This document shows positions 17,783 through 26,433 of a stretch of DNA of 64,000 nucleotides, piece by piece. A model generated the notes under the pieces. It did no database searches, had not been told where the DNA came from, and saw only the letters and a list, made by a program, of their open reading frames with translations. Positions within the stretch are counted from its first letter, which is position 1; every line of letters begins with the position of its first letter. The DNA is taken from sequence record MN871444.1; one strand, given 5' to 3'. The translations under genes and the position numbers were made by a program.

Positions 17783-18076
17783 ATGAACCCATCATTGGCA
17801 TCAAACCTTAAGAAACTTCTGGCGTCTTTTTTGGAGGGTAAACCAATCTCTGCCCGCCGGACCTGGGTAGTGGTGAATGACCTAAGGTTGATTTATCTGA
17901 ACCCCAAAAAAGCGCGGATGGCAATGAAAGAATGTACGGGTCTTGATGAACCGCAATTTCTTTCATTCTGCTCTGACTTAGTACAAGTCATGGTCAATAA
18001 CCCCGGTCAAACTGGTTCACAGACTGCTGAAGTTAAAAAATCAGATTTGGCTTTCTTTTGTAGGATGAGTCAATGA
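17783..18076 (+). CDS. Hypothetical protein
   Basis: 97 aa, GGAG RBS. Confidence 0.55.
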   Translation: MNPSLASNLKKLLASFLEGKPISARRTWVVVNDLRLIYLNPKKARMAMKECTGLDEPQFLSFCSDLVQVMVNNPGQTGSQTAEVKKSDLAFFCRMSQ

Positions 18077-18432
18077 TACCGTTAGTCAGAGAGGGGCAAT
18101 TGTTGCATGCCATCCAACTGTTTTTGGTAAGCAACGAATATCATCGATTGCCGGCTACGCCAATCACCGATTATGACGGATTGAAAAATGAATTACCAAA
18201 CCACGATGTCCTTCAGCCGATATGGTCTGGGCGTACGTGCAGTGCCAAGTATCTTCTGGATACCGTAGAGCAGTATATCTGCGACGAACGCCCATTACCC
18301 GGCCCTGGGTTGGTAATAAACCATGATTCGGGAGTTTATCGACTAACGGTTGTTGGTAATCATCGCTTTAATACCGATGTTAATATCACGACACCTAAGG
18401 GTATTATCCCCCTGACGGTGGAGCGGTGTTAA
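18073..18432 (+). CDS. Hypothetical protein
   Basis: 119 aa, ATGA overlap. Confidence 0.55.
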   Translation: MIPLVREGQLLHAIQLFLVSNEYHRLPATPITDYDGLKNELPNHDVLQPIWSGRTCSAKYLLDTVEQYICDERPLPGPGLVINHDSGVYRLTVVGNHRFNTDVNITTPKGIIPLTVERC

Positions 18433-18440
18433 TTTAATAC

Positions 18441-18480
18441 TGGGAGGCTTCGGCCTCCCAGAGCCTCTTTCTTTTTTTTA
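18441..18480 (+). terminator. Rho-independent terminator
   Basis: TGGGAGGC-TTCG-GCCTCCCA followed by a long T-rich run. Confidence 0.7.
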
Positions 18481-18506
18481 TTTTTTGTTTTCTCGGAGGA
18501 CCTACC

Positions 18507-19013
18507 ATGGTCGAAGTAAAACTTCAAGTGACTTATGAATCAGAATTACTTCCCCCGGTCTATGTCACGGACCATTTGTATCTGGGGGAATCCGGCGCAT
18601 GCATTATTTACATGTTGGGCGAAGAAATTAATGGCATGTTTATTCGCTATGCCACTGCAGATGCGCCTCAAACGCTCGAGAACATTATTAAATTAGGTGC
18701 GGCGACTAATTCCCTGGTTAAAGCATATGCGGGTAATACAGCGCAGCCTGTGATTGTTATTACGGGTACTTTAACTGCCGATGTCTTTGCGTCGAAAGAA
18801 ATGAAATTAACCTCGGTGGCTTTGCGCATGGGCGCGATCATTTTTGCTAAGGCCGACTACCTTGGCACTTACCCACCCAGTAAAACGGAAACTCCATCTC
18901 AACAGTACCTCTGCTTTGATACTTCCATGTCCAGTGACTATGTTACTGCGGCGGTGGAACAAGTAGTGGCCGCCAATCTTAAGAAAGCAATCATCGCTAA
19001 ATTTTATAGTTGA
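18507..19013 (+). CDS. Hypothetical protein
   Basis: 168 aa, GGAGGA RBS. Confidence 0.6.
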   Translation: MVEVKLQVTYESELLPPVYVTDHLYLGESGACIIYMLGEEINGMFIRYATADAPQTLENIIKLGAATNSLVKAYAGNTAQPVIVITGTLTADVFASKEMKLTSVALRMGAIIFAKADYLGTYPPSKTETPSQQYLCFDTSMSSDYVTAAVEQVVAANLKKAIIAKFYS

Positions 19014-19014
19014 T

Positions 19015-19052
19015 GGCATAAAAGGGAGGGCTTTCGCCCTCCCAATATGTTG
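19015..19052. terminator. Bidirectional terminator between convergent genes
   Basis: GGCATAAAA-GGGAGGGC-TTTC-GCCCTCCC-AATATG. This is the reverse complement of the 23499 element. Confidence 0.8.
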
Positions 19053-19054
19053 TC

Positions 19055-20596
19055 TTACATCCATTCCGGTGTATGGTCAGGTGCGTCAGAACCAAATTTC
19101 TTCTGAGACCTGTCCGCACCATTAATGTCATCTGGGATACACCCAAACTCAGCAAATGGCAGAACACAGTAATGATCTTCCGGTGGGGTCGGAAGTGGTT
19201 TACGGTGTTTGCCCCGGTGGATAGTCAGATATGATTTTCCATACAGCACTTCGATATGCAGCAGTATCTCTAAATCAACTTCTTGCTGCAGTACTTTACA
19301 GCTGTCCCAATACCCTTTCTTCGCAATTTGTTTCACGAAGTCATCGGTATTCATACGCAGTAGGTTATACGCCTCAGATGAAATCTGGTGTGGCGTGATA
19401 AAGGCGATACCTTTCGGGTTGGTGTATGAACGAATGATTCGGAACAATTCGCGCACATCACCACCGATGGTGCTGGCATGACACCCTTGCTTAGAACACA
19501 TATTCAGATAATCGAATACGATGGCATGAATCTCATAACCCTGGGATTCATAAAACTTAATGATCTGAAATATTTTGTCGTAAGTGGTTGTCGGCCCATT
19601 TAGTCGAATAAACTCAACGTTATATCCGGTACGGGTTAATTTATCCATAACGTAATCAGCAATTTCCTGATAACGTTGCGGGTTAGTTTTTGCTTCCTCT
19701 TTTAATACATCGACATCTACCCGAGTTTGGAATTCATCTTCATACAAGTGACAATACATGATGATCATGTTGTCTTCTTGTGAGTTCTCAGTAGAGATGT
19801 GGAGCATCAGCGGTTTCTTCGTCGAGTCTAGCATGTACGGCACATTGTGCATGCACATTTGTCTGAACATCGATAAAGTAAAACCGGTTTTAAAGTTGTT
19901 AGTCAACGCACCAACAACTACCATGTCGCCGCGACGGATGCCTTTAAGTTCACCCATCATGCGATTAACACCTTGCCACCCTAAAGTCAATACGCCTTCA
20001 GGTGAACTTTGCTCTACTGCTTTTTGTACCGCATCCGCTACCGCACCTCGGTTATTAGAACCGAAAGAAGTTACTGCTTCAAATGCGGCTTTTATGGTGG
20101 TGGGTTTGATGGCATCTAGTTTATTCTGTAGTTCAGAGAAATACGCCGTCACGTCCATGTTATCAAAGTTAAATAAGCAATCCCGTTGAGCTTGCTTAAT
20201 AACAGAAGCGAATCTTGTCTTTTGTTGATAACTTTCCAGTTCGGTGCGTATCTCACTAATCTTAGCTTCTAGCTCTTCTTGAGTCTCTGGTTCAGTTAAG
20301 CCTAATCTGAAACTGTCCCAAAGCGAGTCATCTCCCTTGATGTTTATACGTATCCTTTGAAGAAGCCCCGTATGGTCATAAGTATGTTCCAACGGCTGGT
20401 CCACCATCCACAATACGGTCTTACGTAGCTCATTCTGTGAAAGTTTGTTGTCATCCAGGTCGTAAGCATTTTCGGATAACTTGATACCGTTAACAATCTC
20501 CCTCACCAACACCGCTGAGTTATCATATTGAGATAGGCGTCTTGATTCCAAATAAAGCAACGTTATGCTGCGAACCAGTAAAAGTTTGGCGTCCAC
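19055..20596 (-). CDS. dnaB: Replicative DnaB-like helicase (phiKZ gp118-like)
   Basis: LGWQGVNRMMG...GIRRGDMVVVGALTNNFKT (Walker A variant), IVFDYL Walker B, FITPHQIS motif. Divergent from the capsid gene, as in phiKZ. Confidence 0.85.
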   Translation of the reverse strand: MDAKLLLVRSITLLYLESRRLSQYDNSAVLVREIVNGIKLSENAYDLDDNKLSQNELRKTVLWMVDQPLEHTYDHTGLLQRIRINIKGDDSLWDSFRLGLTEPETQEELEAKISEIRTELESYQQKTRFASVIKQAQRDCLFNFDNMDVTAYFSELQNKLDAIKPTTIKAAFEAVTSFGSNNRGAVADAVQKAVEQSSPEGVLTLGWQGVNRMMGELKGIRRGDMVVVGALTNNFKTGFTLSMFRQMCMHNVPYMLDSTKKPLMLHISTENSQEDNMIIMYCHLYEDEFQTRVDVDVLKEEAKTNPQRYQEIADYVMDKLTRTGYNVEFIRLNGPTTTYDKIFQIIKFYESQGYEIHAIVFDYLNMCSKQGCHASTIGGDVRELFRIIRSYTNPKGIAFITPHQISSEAYNLLRMNTDDFVKQIAKKGYWDSCKVLQQEVDLEILLHIEVLYGKSYLTIHRGKHRKPLPTPPEDHYCVLPFAEFGCIPDDINGADRSQKKFGSDAPDHTPEWM

Positions 20597-20629
20597 TATT
20601 ACGCTCCGTATTTTTTGAGGGGTTAGAAC

Positions 20630-21178
20630 ATGAATGTTATTCCCACGTCCAGTCGGATTGGCATCGCACTTATCCCGCCGCGTCTGTCTGATGGGTTATT
20701 AAATGAGTCTGATATCCAATGCCTGGATATGTTTTCGGATCTAAACGAACTATCAGGTATACTATCGGATGAAGATGTAGCTTATTACTTGTGGTACAAT
20801 TCCCGCATCGGCGACTTCATGCCGGGATTCTCCGCTTCTGATTTTGTGTGTGTGATTAACGACCCGCGTATTTCTTCGTGGGTTCTCGAACACCAAACGG
20901 TCTATGACCGTGTAGCCAAGGAATCTGAGGCTAAATATAGTATAGCTGCAGGTGGCAGTAGACGCGCACTCGCAGTTGACTATGGCGGTGGGTGTTATTA
21001 CGCTCCCATTCTGTCATCAGGTGTGCTGTATCTGGTCGGTACGGAATCCGACCCTTATGAAGGCAATGCTAGTCATTTCTATGATGCGGTATTAGCGCAA
21101 CTTTCTAAAGTTGTACGTGTATCGGATTTGGCTCAGTATGATGTTTTTGACAAGTTTGTCATGGCAGAGCAGGCATAA
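20630..21178 (+). CDS. Conserved hypothetical protein between dnaB and the capsid gene
   Basis: 182 aa, GAGGG RBS, syntenic position. Confidence 0.55.
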   Translation: MNVIPTSSRIGIALIPPRLSDGLLNESDIQCLDMFSDLNELSGILSDEDVAYYLWYNSRIGDFMPGFSASDFVCVINDPRISSWVLEHQTVYDRVAKESEAKYSIAAGGSRRALAVDYGGGCYYAPILSSGVLYLVGTESDPYEGNASHFYDAVLAQLSKVVRVSDLAQYDVFDKFVMAEQA

Positions 21179-21196
21179 AGGTGTAACTGACCTGAA

Positions 21197-21205
21197 ATAG
21201 TATGC
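21197..21205 (+). promoter_or_regulatory. Candidate late promoter ATAGTATGC upstream of the major capsid gene
   Basis: Identical to the 1345 and 42250 copies. Confidence 0.6.
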
Positions 21206-21277
21206 GCTGATATCGCACGTATGTGCATGTGTTTTTTCAATACGTATTGAAAACCCTTATGTATAAAGGATGAAAAA

Positions 21278-23473
21278 ATGTCCCGACTCTCGAATAACAC
21301 CGACTTCACCGCCAACTCTGACCTGGTCAAAGCAATCGGCGGTACCCTGTCTGCACAGGGAAGCCAGCTGGTACCAAATCAACTGACCCAAGCGGTCATT
21401 TCTATGGAAGGCTTCGCGGACGAGTCCGTGCGTAACAACGTACAGATGTCTGCGGCAACTCTGCGTAACACCATCAAACAGTGTTTCGACACTGTCGGTA
21501 AAACTCGCGGCCTGAACTATCAGCTGTCCGAACAGCAGCTCGAAGCGGCATCCATCGTCGCCGCGGCCCGTCCGCGCGCTAAAGATTTTGCCCTGGCGTC
21601 CCGTTCCGGCCAGATTTCCCTGGAAGGCATCGACATGCCGTCGTCCGGCACCGCATTCGGTTCTCTGAACTTCCGCGCACCGAGCGAAGCCCTGGTGTCC
21701 ATGGAAGCGTTCGATAACTCCGAGCTGCAGAAAGGCATCGACGTATCCGTCGTGTTCAACGCCCTGGCCGTTGGCCAGTCTCCGTTCAACGAAGAATGGT
21801 TCCCGCCGGTTGTGGGTACTCCGGATGAAATCGTATTCCGCATCAACGTACCGCGTATCCTGGTGCAGAACGAATATATTCCGCCGAACCTGTCCGGTGA
21901 CCCGGCTGACTTCAAAAAGAAAAACCTGATCCGCGCAGCGCTGGATTACACCATCCTGATGAACAACTCTACTGAGATTGTTCCGATCTATCGCACTGGT
22001 GTTAACACCGATAAATTCGTCAACCTGGCGCTGATCGGCGGCCAACCGCTGAAAGCTATGGTTGGTGCCGTTGAAGTCGATACCGCTCCGCTGAAACCGG
22101 GCGTTAAAGTATCTCTGCTGAACCTGGCGTCCAACGAAGCCCTGAAACTGGCCGGCGTTGTGAGCGAAACCGATGCGGTTGAACCGAAAGTGTCTCTGAA
22201 AAACCTGTACGTCCTGGTGACTGACAGTTCTTCGAGCGCTGGCGCTTCCTCTGTCATCAAATTCAAAGTCAAAGACTATCCGCGCGCCGGTTTCTTCAAA
22301 CCGATGCAGGGTAACATCCGTGAGATGGACCTGGCCTTCCGTTCCGACGTGCTGACCATCAAACCGGATACCAAAGACATCGCCGGCGCTGCTCCGTCTG
22401 CCCTGGCTGCTCTGATCTCTGCAGGCTACACCCTGCGCCTGGACGCGTCCCTGAACGGCGACCTGAACATGGAAACCAGCAACCTGACTACTCAGGCTGG
22501 CGCGGTAACTGCCGCATCCATGCTGGATGAAGATGGTAAAGCTCTGTCGCTGGATAGCACCGAAGCTACCGCTATCCTGGATAACCTGACTTTCGCGGTC
22601 CTGGGCTACGACCTGGACGCTCGCCGTACCAACAGTAACCTGCGCACCAAAGGCCTGATCCTGAACCCGGATATGGAACAGCGTCCGTACTACGTTCCGC
22701 TGAACGCTCCGCTGGTTTCTCAGACTCCGATCGGCCAGGAACAACTGGGCCTCGACCTGAACGCACTGGTTCAGGGTGTGCATATCCAGATCGAAAACAA
22801 CGCAGTTACCACACTGCTGAGCTACGCTGAAAGCCTGAACGATCGTTTCATTTCTTCCGAAGTGATCGACCTGTATCCGTCTTTCGAAGCGGTCGGTGAA
22901 CTGCTGGTTGCACCGTACTACAAAGAAATCACCGTCGACATGGTGCTGGCGCTGAACTCAGTATCTTCTGCGAATCGTGTCAACGATATCCAGGGCGTAC
23001 TGAACGCAGTTATTCGCCAGGAAATGGCGCATGTTCTGCGTGAAACTGGTTACACCGTTGCACTGCGCGCCAACAACGGCGGCGCTATCGAAAACCCGCA
23101 CGTTATCGCGGTAACCGACCTGCTCCTGGAACGTTATCTGATGACCAACGGCGACGATCGCTACCTGGGCACCAACGCAACCTTCAGCGTAACCGCTGTG
23201 AGCGACCTGCGTATGCGCGACACCATCTTCCTGAGCTTCGGTCGTAAAGCCACCGGCAAACACGACCCGCTGACCTTCGGTAACATGCTGTATATTCCGG
23301 AGCTGTCGGTTTCTGCACAGGTCAACCGTAACGGCGCAACCATCTCTGAGCGTCAAGTTCAGCCGCGTTTCCGCCACGTAGTTAACCTGCCGATCCTGGT
23401 GAAAATCAACGTCACCCGTCTGGCAGAAGCATCTCAGGATGCTGCTATCATTTACAACAAACCGCAGGCTTAA
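21278..23473 (+). CDS. Major capsid protein (phiKZ gp120-like)
   Basis: 731 aa with propeptide sites ISMEG, ISLEG and VSME|AFD. C-terminal PRFRHVVNLPILVKINV. Extreme codon bias, and dnaB-X-MCP-X-RNAP synteny. Confidence 0.9.
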   Translation: MSRLSNNTDFTANSDLVKAIGGTLSAQGSQLVPNQLTQAVISMEGFADESVRNNVQMSAATLRNTIKQCFDTVGKTRGLNYQLSEQQLEAASIVAAARPRAKDFALASRSGQISLEGIDMPSSGTAFGSLNFRAPSEALVSMEAFDNSELQKGIDVSVVFNALAVGQSPFNEEWFPPVVGTPDEIVFRINVPRILVQNEYIPPNLSGDPADFKKKNLIRAALDYTILMNNSTEIVPIYRTGVNTDKFVNLALIGGQPLKAMVGAVEVDTAPLKPGVKVSLLNLASNEALKLAGVVSETDAVEPKVSLKNLYVLVTDSSSSAGASSVIKFKVKDYPRAGFFKPMQGNIREMDLAFRSDVLTIKPDTKDIAGAAPSALAALISAGYTLRLDASLNGDLNMETSNLTTQAGAVTAASMLDEDGKALSLDSTEATAILDNLTFAVLGYDLDARRTNSNLRTKGLILNPDMEQRPYYVPLNAPLVSQTPIGQEQLGLDLNALVQGVHIQIENNAVTTLLSYAESLNDRFISSEVIDLYPSFEAVGELLVAPYYKEITVDMVLALNSVSSANRVNDIQGVLNAVIRQEMAHVLRETGYTVALRANNGGAIENPHVIAVTDLLLERYLMTNGDDRYLGTNATFSVTAVSDLRMRDTIFLSFGRKATGKHDPLTFGNMLYIPELSVSAQVNRNGATISERQVQPRFRHVVNLPILVKINVTRLAEASQDAAIIYNKPQA

Positions 23474-23498
23474 TCGTCTCGGTAGTTGCATAGACCTG

Positions 23499-23528
23499 GG
23501 GAGGGCGAAAGCCCTCCCTTTTATGCCG
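23499..23528 (+). terminator. Rho-independent terminator
   Basis: GGGAGGGC-GAAA-GCCCTCCC followed by TTTTATGCCG. Confidence 0.85.
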
Positions 23529-23555
23529 TCACCTCAATGAAAATCTTTATAGACC

Positions 23556-23563
23556 TATATTAC
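23556..23563 (+). promoter_or_regulatory. Early promoter TATATTAC
   Basis: Exact phiKZ early consensus, upstream of the nvRNAP subunit operon. Confidence 0.7.
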
Positions 23564-23661
23564 TAAACCGACCTAGTAATAAAGAGATTGACTTAGCATC
23601 AACTTGTTGTTCAGCCCATACAGGTATAGGAGACAAAATAATTCATTCGGAGGTATAATGA

Positions 23662-24735
23662 ATGTCTAATGGGTGGTACATGTCCATCCCTGAGTATCAT
23701 GTCATGGAATCCGCCCAGGTCTCCACAGATACTCAGGTCGTAAGGAACAATACCGAAGGGTATAAAAAAACAGTTAAGTATTATAACTATACTGGAGCTA
23801 AGTTATACGTTGTCGACCGTGCTGGTTTTGCTACCGAATTACCTCCAGCTTTAGATTATCTTCCAGATACCGAATCTCGTGGGTTAATCGTGGTAGCGAC
23901 GTATGAGCTAGGGTTGGGTAGTAGATCCATTCCTAGACCCATGTTGCTGCAAGACAATAAAGTCGGAATGGTTATTAGTAAAATAACTGGGCAATTGCAA
24001 GAGAAAAATCATTATGCCAATGGGAGGCGAACGGCGGATGTAAAGTATGTTATTCCAGGAAATGAAATACATACTCGGGCGACGGTGTATCTACGAGATT
24101 TAGATATCTTGGTGACCACCATCACGCCACAACCGGGATATGGGCATCCGTACGAATATGCACAATCCCAATTCGATAGTTTATACCGCGACGATGATAC
24201 CAATGAAGTTCACACCTTCAGCCTTAAGATGAAAATAGTCAGTGCAAATGGCGTACCGACTAAATACTATTTGAACATTAACGGTAGGGTGTATTGTGTC
24301 AGGTCTTGTCGAGATTTAAAATTGGCTGATGGTATTTATGTGGAGGATTCTCAACGAGTTTTGGAGGGGAGTTTGACGGTACCCACCATCGTACATTACA
24401 ACACATTGGCGGATTATAATAAAGCATGTAAGGAAGATCAAACATTGCTTCCGTTGTATGCTAATTACGAAACAGCACTAACCTATGGCGACCTTGAGGC
24501 TAGAAGGAAGGAAGAAGAAAACCGACTAAAACATGAACAAACATTGGCTGAGCAGAAATTAAAACATGAACAGGCCATGAACGAACTGAAGGCCAAGCAA
24601 GAGCAGGCTACGCTAAATAACAAAATAAAGGAACGTGAATATTTAAACGATAACCTAAATCTCTATGTCAAGGTAATACTGGCTACCGTTGGATTAGTTG
24701 CTAGTATTGTTAAATTATCACAACCATCAAAATAA
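23662..24735 (+). CDS. Conserved phiKZ-like hypothetical protein with C-terminal coiled coil and hydrophobic anchor
   Basis: 357 aa. KHEQ repeats, then the hydrophobic LYVKVILATVGLVASIV. Syntenic. Confidence 0.6.
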   Translation: MSNGWYMSIPEYHVMESAQVSTDTQVVRNNTEGYKKTVKYYNYTGAKLYVVDRAGFATELPPALDYLPDTESRGLIVVATYELGLGSRSIPRPMLLQDNKVGMVISKITGQLQEKNHYANGRRTADVKYVIPGNEIHTRATVYLRDLDILVTTITPQPGYGHPYEYAQSQFDSLYRDDDTNEVHTFSLKMKIVSANGVPTKYYLNINGRVYCVRSCRDLKLADGIYVEDSQRVLEGSLTVPTIVHYNTLADYNKACKEDQTLLPLYANYETALTYGDLEARRKEEENRLKHEQTLAEQKLKHEQAMNELKAKQEQATLNNKIKEREYLNDNLNLYVKVILATVGLVASIVKLSQPSK

Positions 24736-24746
24736 GGGGATTGTGA

Positions 24747-26372
24747 ATGGACCCGAAATTACAAGGTATCATTCAACAAGACGTTAAACCATTTAATCGT
24801 GTTATCGTAGATGGTTTCGCCGTCCGTGAAGCTGAGAAGGTGGAGGCGTATATTGATTCCATCTGGCGTAGTGCGGAAAAGCGATTCCCCGAAAAACTGA
24901 AGTATAAAGGTTATACTCGCTGCACCCCCCTCGAAGAGTATCATGAAGTTACTCGCAAAAGACAAAAACAAACTTTCGAGTTGTCTCAGTCTGATGTCTA
25001 TATGGTCCGGTACCATTTAGAGTGGGATGGTAAACCTTTACCCAGTAAATGCATGTATCTGCCGTATGTTCGCCAGGCAGGAACCATGCGTGTCTATGGT
25101 TCAACATATACCGTCAGTCCCGTGTTAGCCGATGTGGTATTTTCGGTAGTTAAAGACACCGTATTTATTCCACTACCCTGCGCAAAACTGACGTTTGAAC
25201 GCATTAGTCATTCGTACTTCGCTAACGAAATGGTACAAACCAATTACGTTCCCTGCTCCGGGATTCATAACCAATATGGAAAAGGTGCGGTAAGAAATGG
25301 CGGCACGGGCCCTGGGACTAACATCGACGGTGTGACTTCCCTGGTGCACTATTTCTTCTGTAAATATGGATTTACCCAGACCTTTGAACGTTTCATTGGT
25401 GTAGTACCTATTCTGAACGACGGTCCGTTTGATTCCAAAGATTTTCCAATGGAAGAATGGGTTATCTGTCGCAGCATCGGCGGCATGAAACCAAAGGGAT
25501 TGAAGGTTAGCCCCAAGACTTACGTACCATCGAATATCCACCTGGCAATCCGTAAGGAAGATTTCACCCCCATCGTCAGAGAGTTTATTGCCAGTTTCTT
25601 CTATATCCTGGATTATTTCCCGGATCGTATTTTACCGGAACGAGAATACGTTGATGAAACTCGATTGTGGCGTATCCTGCTGGCTAAGTTTATCTGGAAC
25701 GGTAATTCCAACGAAGGTAAGTTATCCGACGAAATAGATAGTCACATTCGGTCACTCGATGATTATATCGATCCGGAAGCTCAACAAATCCTGGCGGACG
25801 GCAATATCTTTGTTGAAGACTTCTATGAGTTTTGTTTCAAAGTTATGTTGCTCATGGGTGATTTGATTCGACATACCGATACTTCCGACATGTACGACAA
25901 ACGACTGACGGTGCTGCGGTATCTGATGTTCGATATTGTCACGGCAATATTTAAATTTAGTTGGGTGTTTAACAACGCCAAAAAGGAGTTCACTGAGAAG
26001 GACATCATTAACGCAATGAATGCCCACCTCAAACCTGATCTGATACTGAATATTCGAAAAGACCACGGTGAATGTAGTAACATCACCACACCCGGCGATA
26101 ATTACTTCTTCCGCATGACGAGCAATTTGGTTCTTCAAGCCGATGCTACGCCTAAGGGAAGACGTAATTCAAAATCCTCTGTCTCCGATCCATCAAAATT
26201 ATTAAGCGCATCAATCGTTGAAGTCGGCAGTTTTAGAAACTTGCCTAAAGCTGAACCCACTGGACGGACCCGCGCAAATCCGCGCGTGCAAATTGCTTCT
26301 GATGGGACCATTGTTCGGGATGAGTCGCGTAGAGAGCTACTGGACGGAATCCAGAAAAAGATCCAACGGTAA
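24747..26372 (+). CDS. Non-virion RNA polymerase beta subunit, N-terminal part (phiKZ gp123-like)
   Basis: 541 aa, which fits the recalled gp123 size and position after the capsid gene. Motifs YLPYV...YGSTYTVSPVLAD and PKAEPTGRTRANP. Confidence 0.8.
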   Translation: MDPKLQGIIQQDVKPFNRVIVDGFAVREAEKVEAYIDSIWRSAEKRFPEKLKYKGYTRCTPLEEYHEVTRKRQKQTFELSQSDVYMVRYHLEWDGKPLPSKCMYLPYVRQAGTMRVYGSTYTVSPVLADVVFSVVKDTVFIPLPCAKLTFERISHSYFANEMVQTNYVPCSGIHNQYGKGAVRNGGTGPGTNIDGVTSLVHYFFCKYGFTQTFERFIGVVPILNDGPFDSKDFPMEEWVICRSIGGMKPKGLKVSPKTYVPSNIHLAIRKEDFTPIVREFIASFFYILDYFPDRILPEREYVDETRLWRILLAKFIWNGNSNEGKLSDEIDSHIRSLDDYIDPEAQQILADGNIFVEDFYEFCFKVMLLMGDLIRHTDTSDMYDKRLTVLRYLMFDIVTAIFKFSWVFNNAKKEFTEKDIINAMNAHLKPDLILNIRKDHGECSNITTPGDNYFFRMTSNLVLQADATPKGRRNSKSSVSDPSKLLSASIVEVGSFRNLPKAEPTGRTRANPRVQIASDGTIVRDESRRELLDGIQKKIQR

Positions 26373-26433
26373 TGCTCCTTTCGTAGGGGGGTATTACTAA
26401 ATCCCCCCACAACCACGTTTACGGGATAAAATT

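Noticed and set aside
21257-22783. 508-aa minus-strand ORF opposite the capsid gene
   Set aside because: Shadow of strong codon bias in a highly expressed gene. No recognisable motifs or RBS.
19055-26372. Inteins or introns in DnaB, capsid or RNAP genes
   Set aside because: Lengths fit the recalled orthologues, and no intein C1/HN motifs or homing endonuclease ORFs were seen.
26385-26410. GGGGGG...CCCCCC hairpin after the RNAP gene
   Set aside because: Short stem, no U-tract, and it overlaps a TATTAC-like word. Too ambiguous to call a terminator or promoter.
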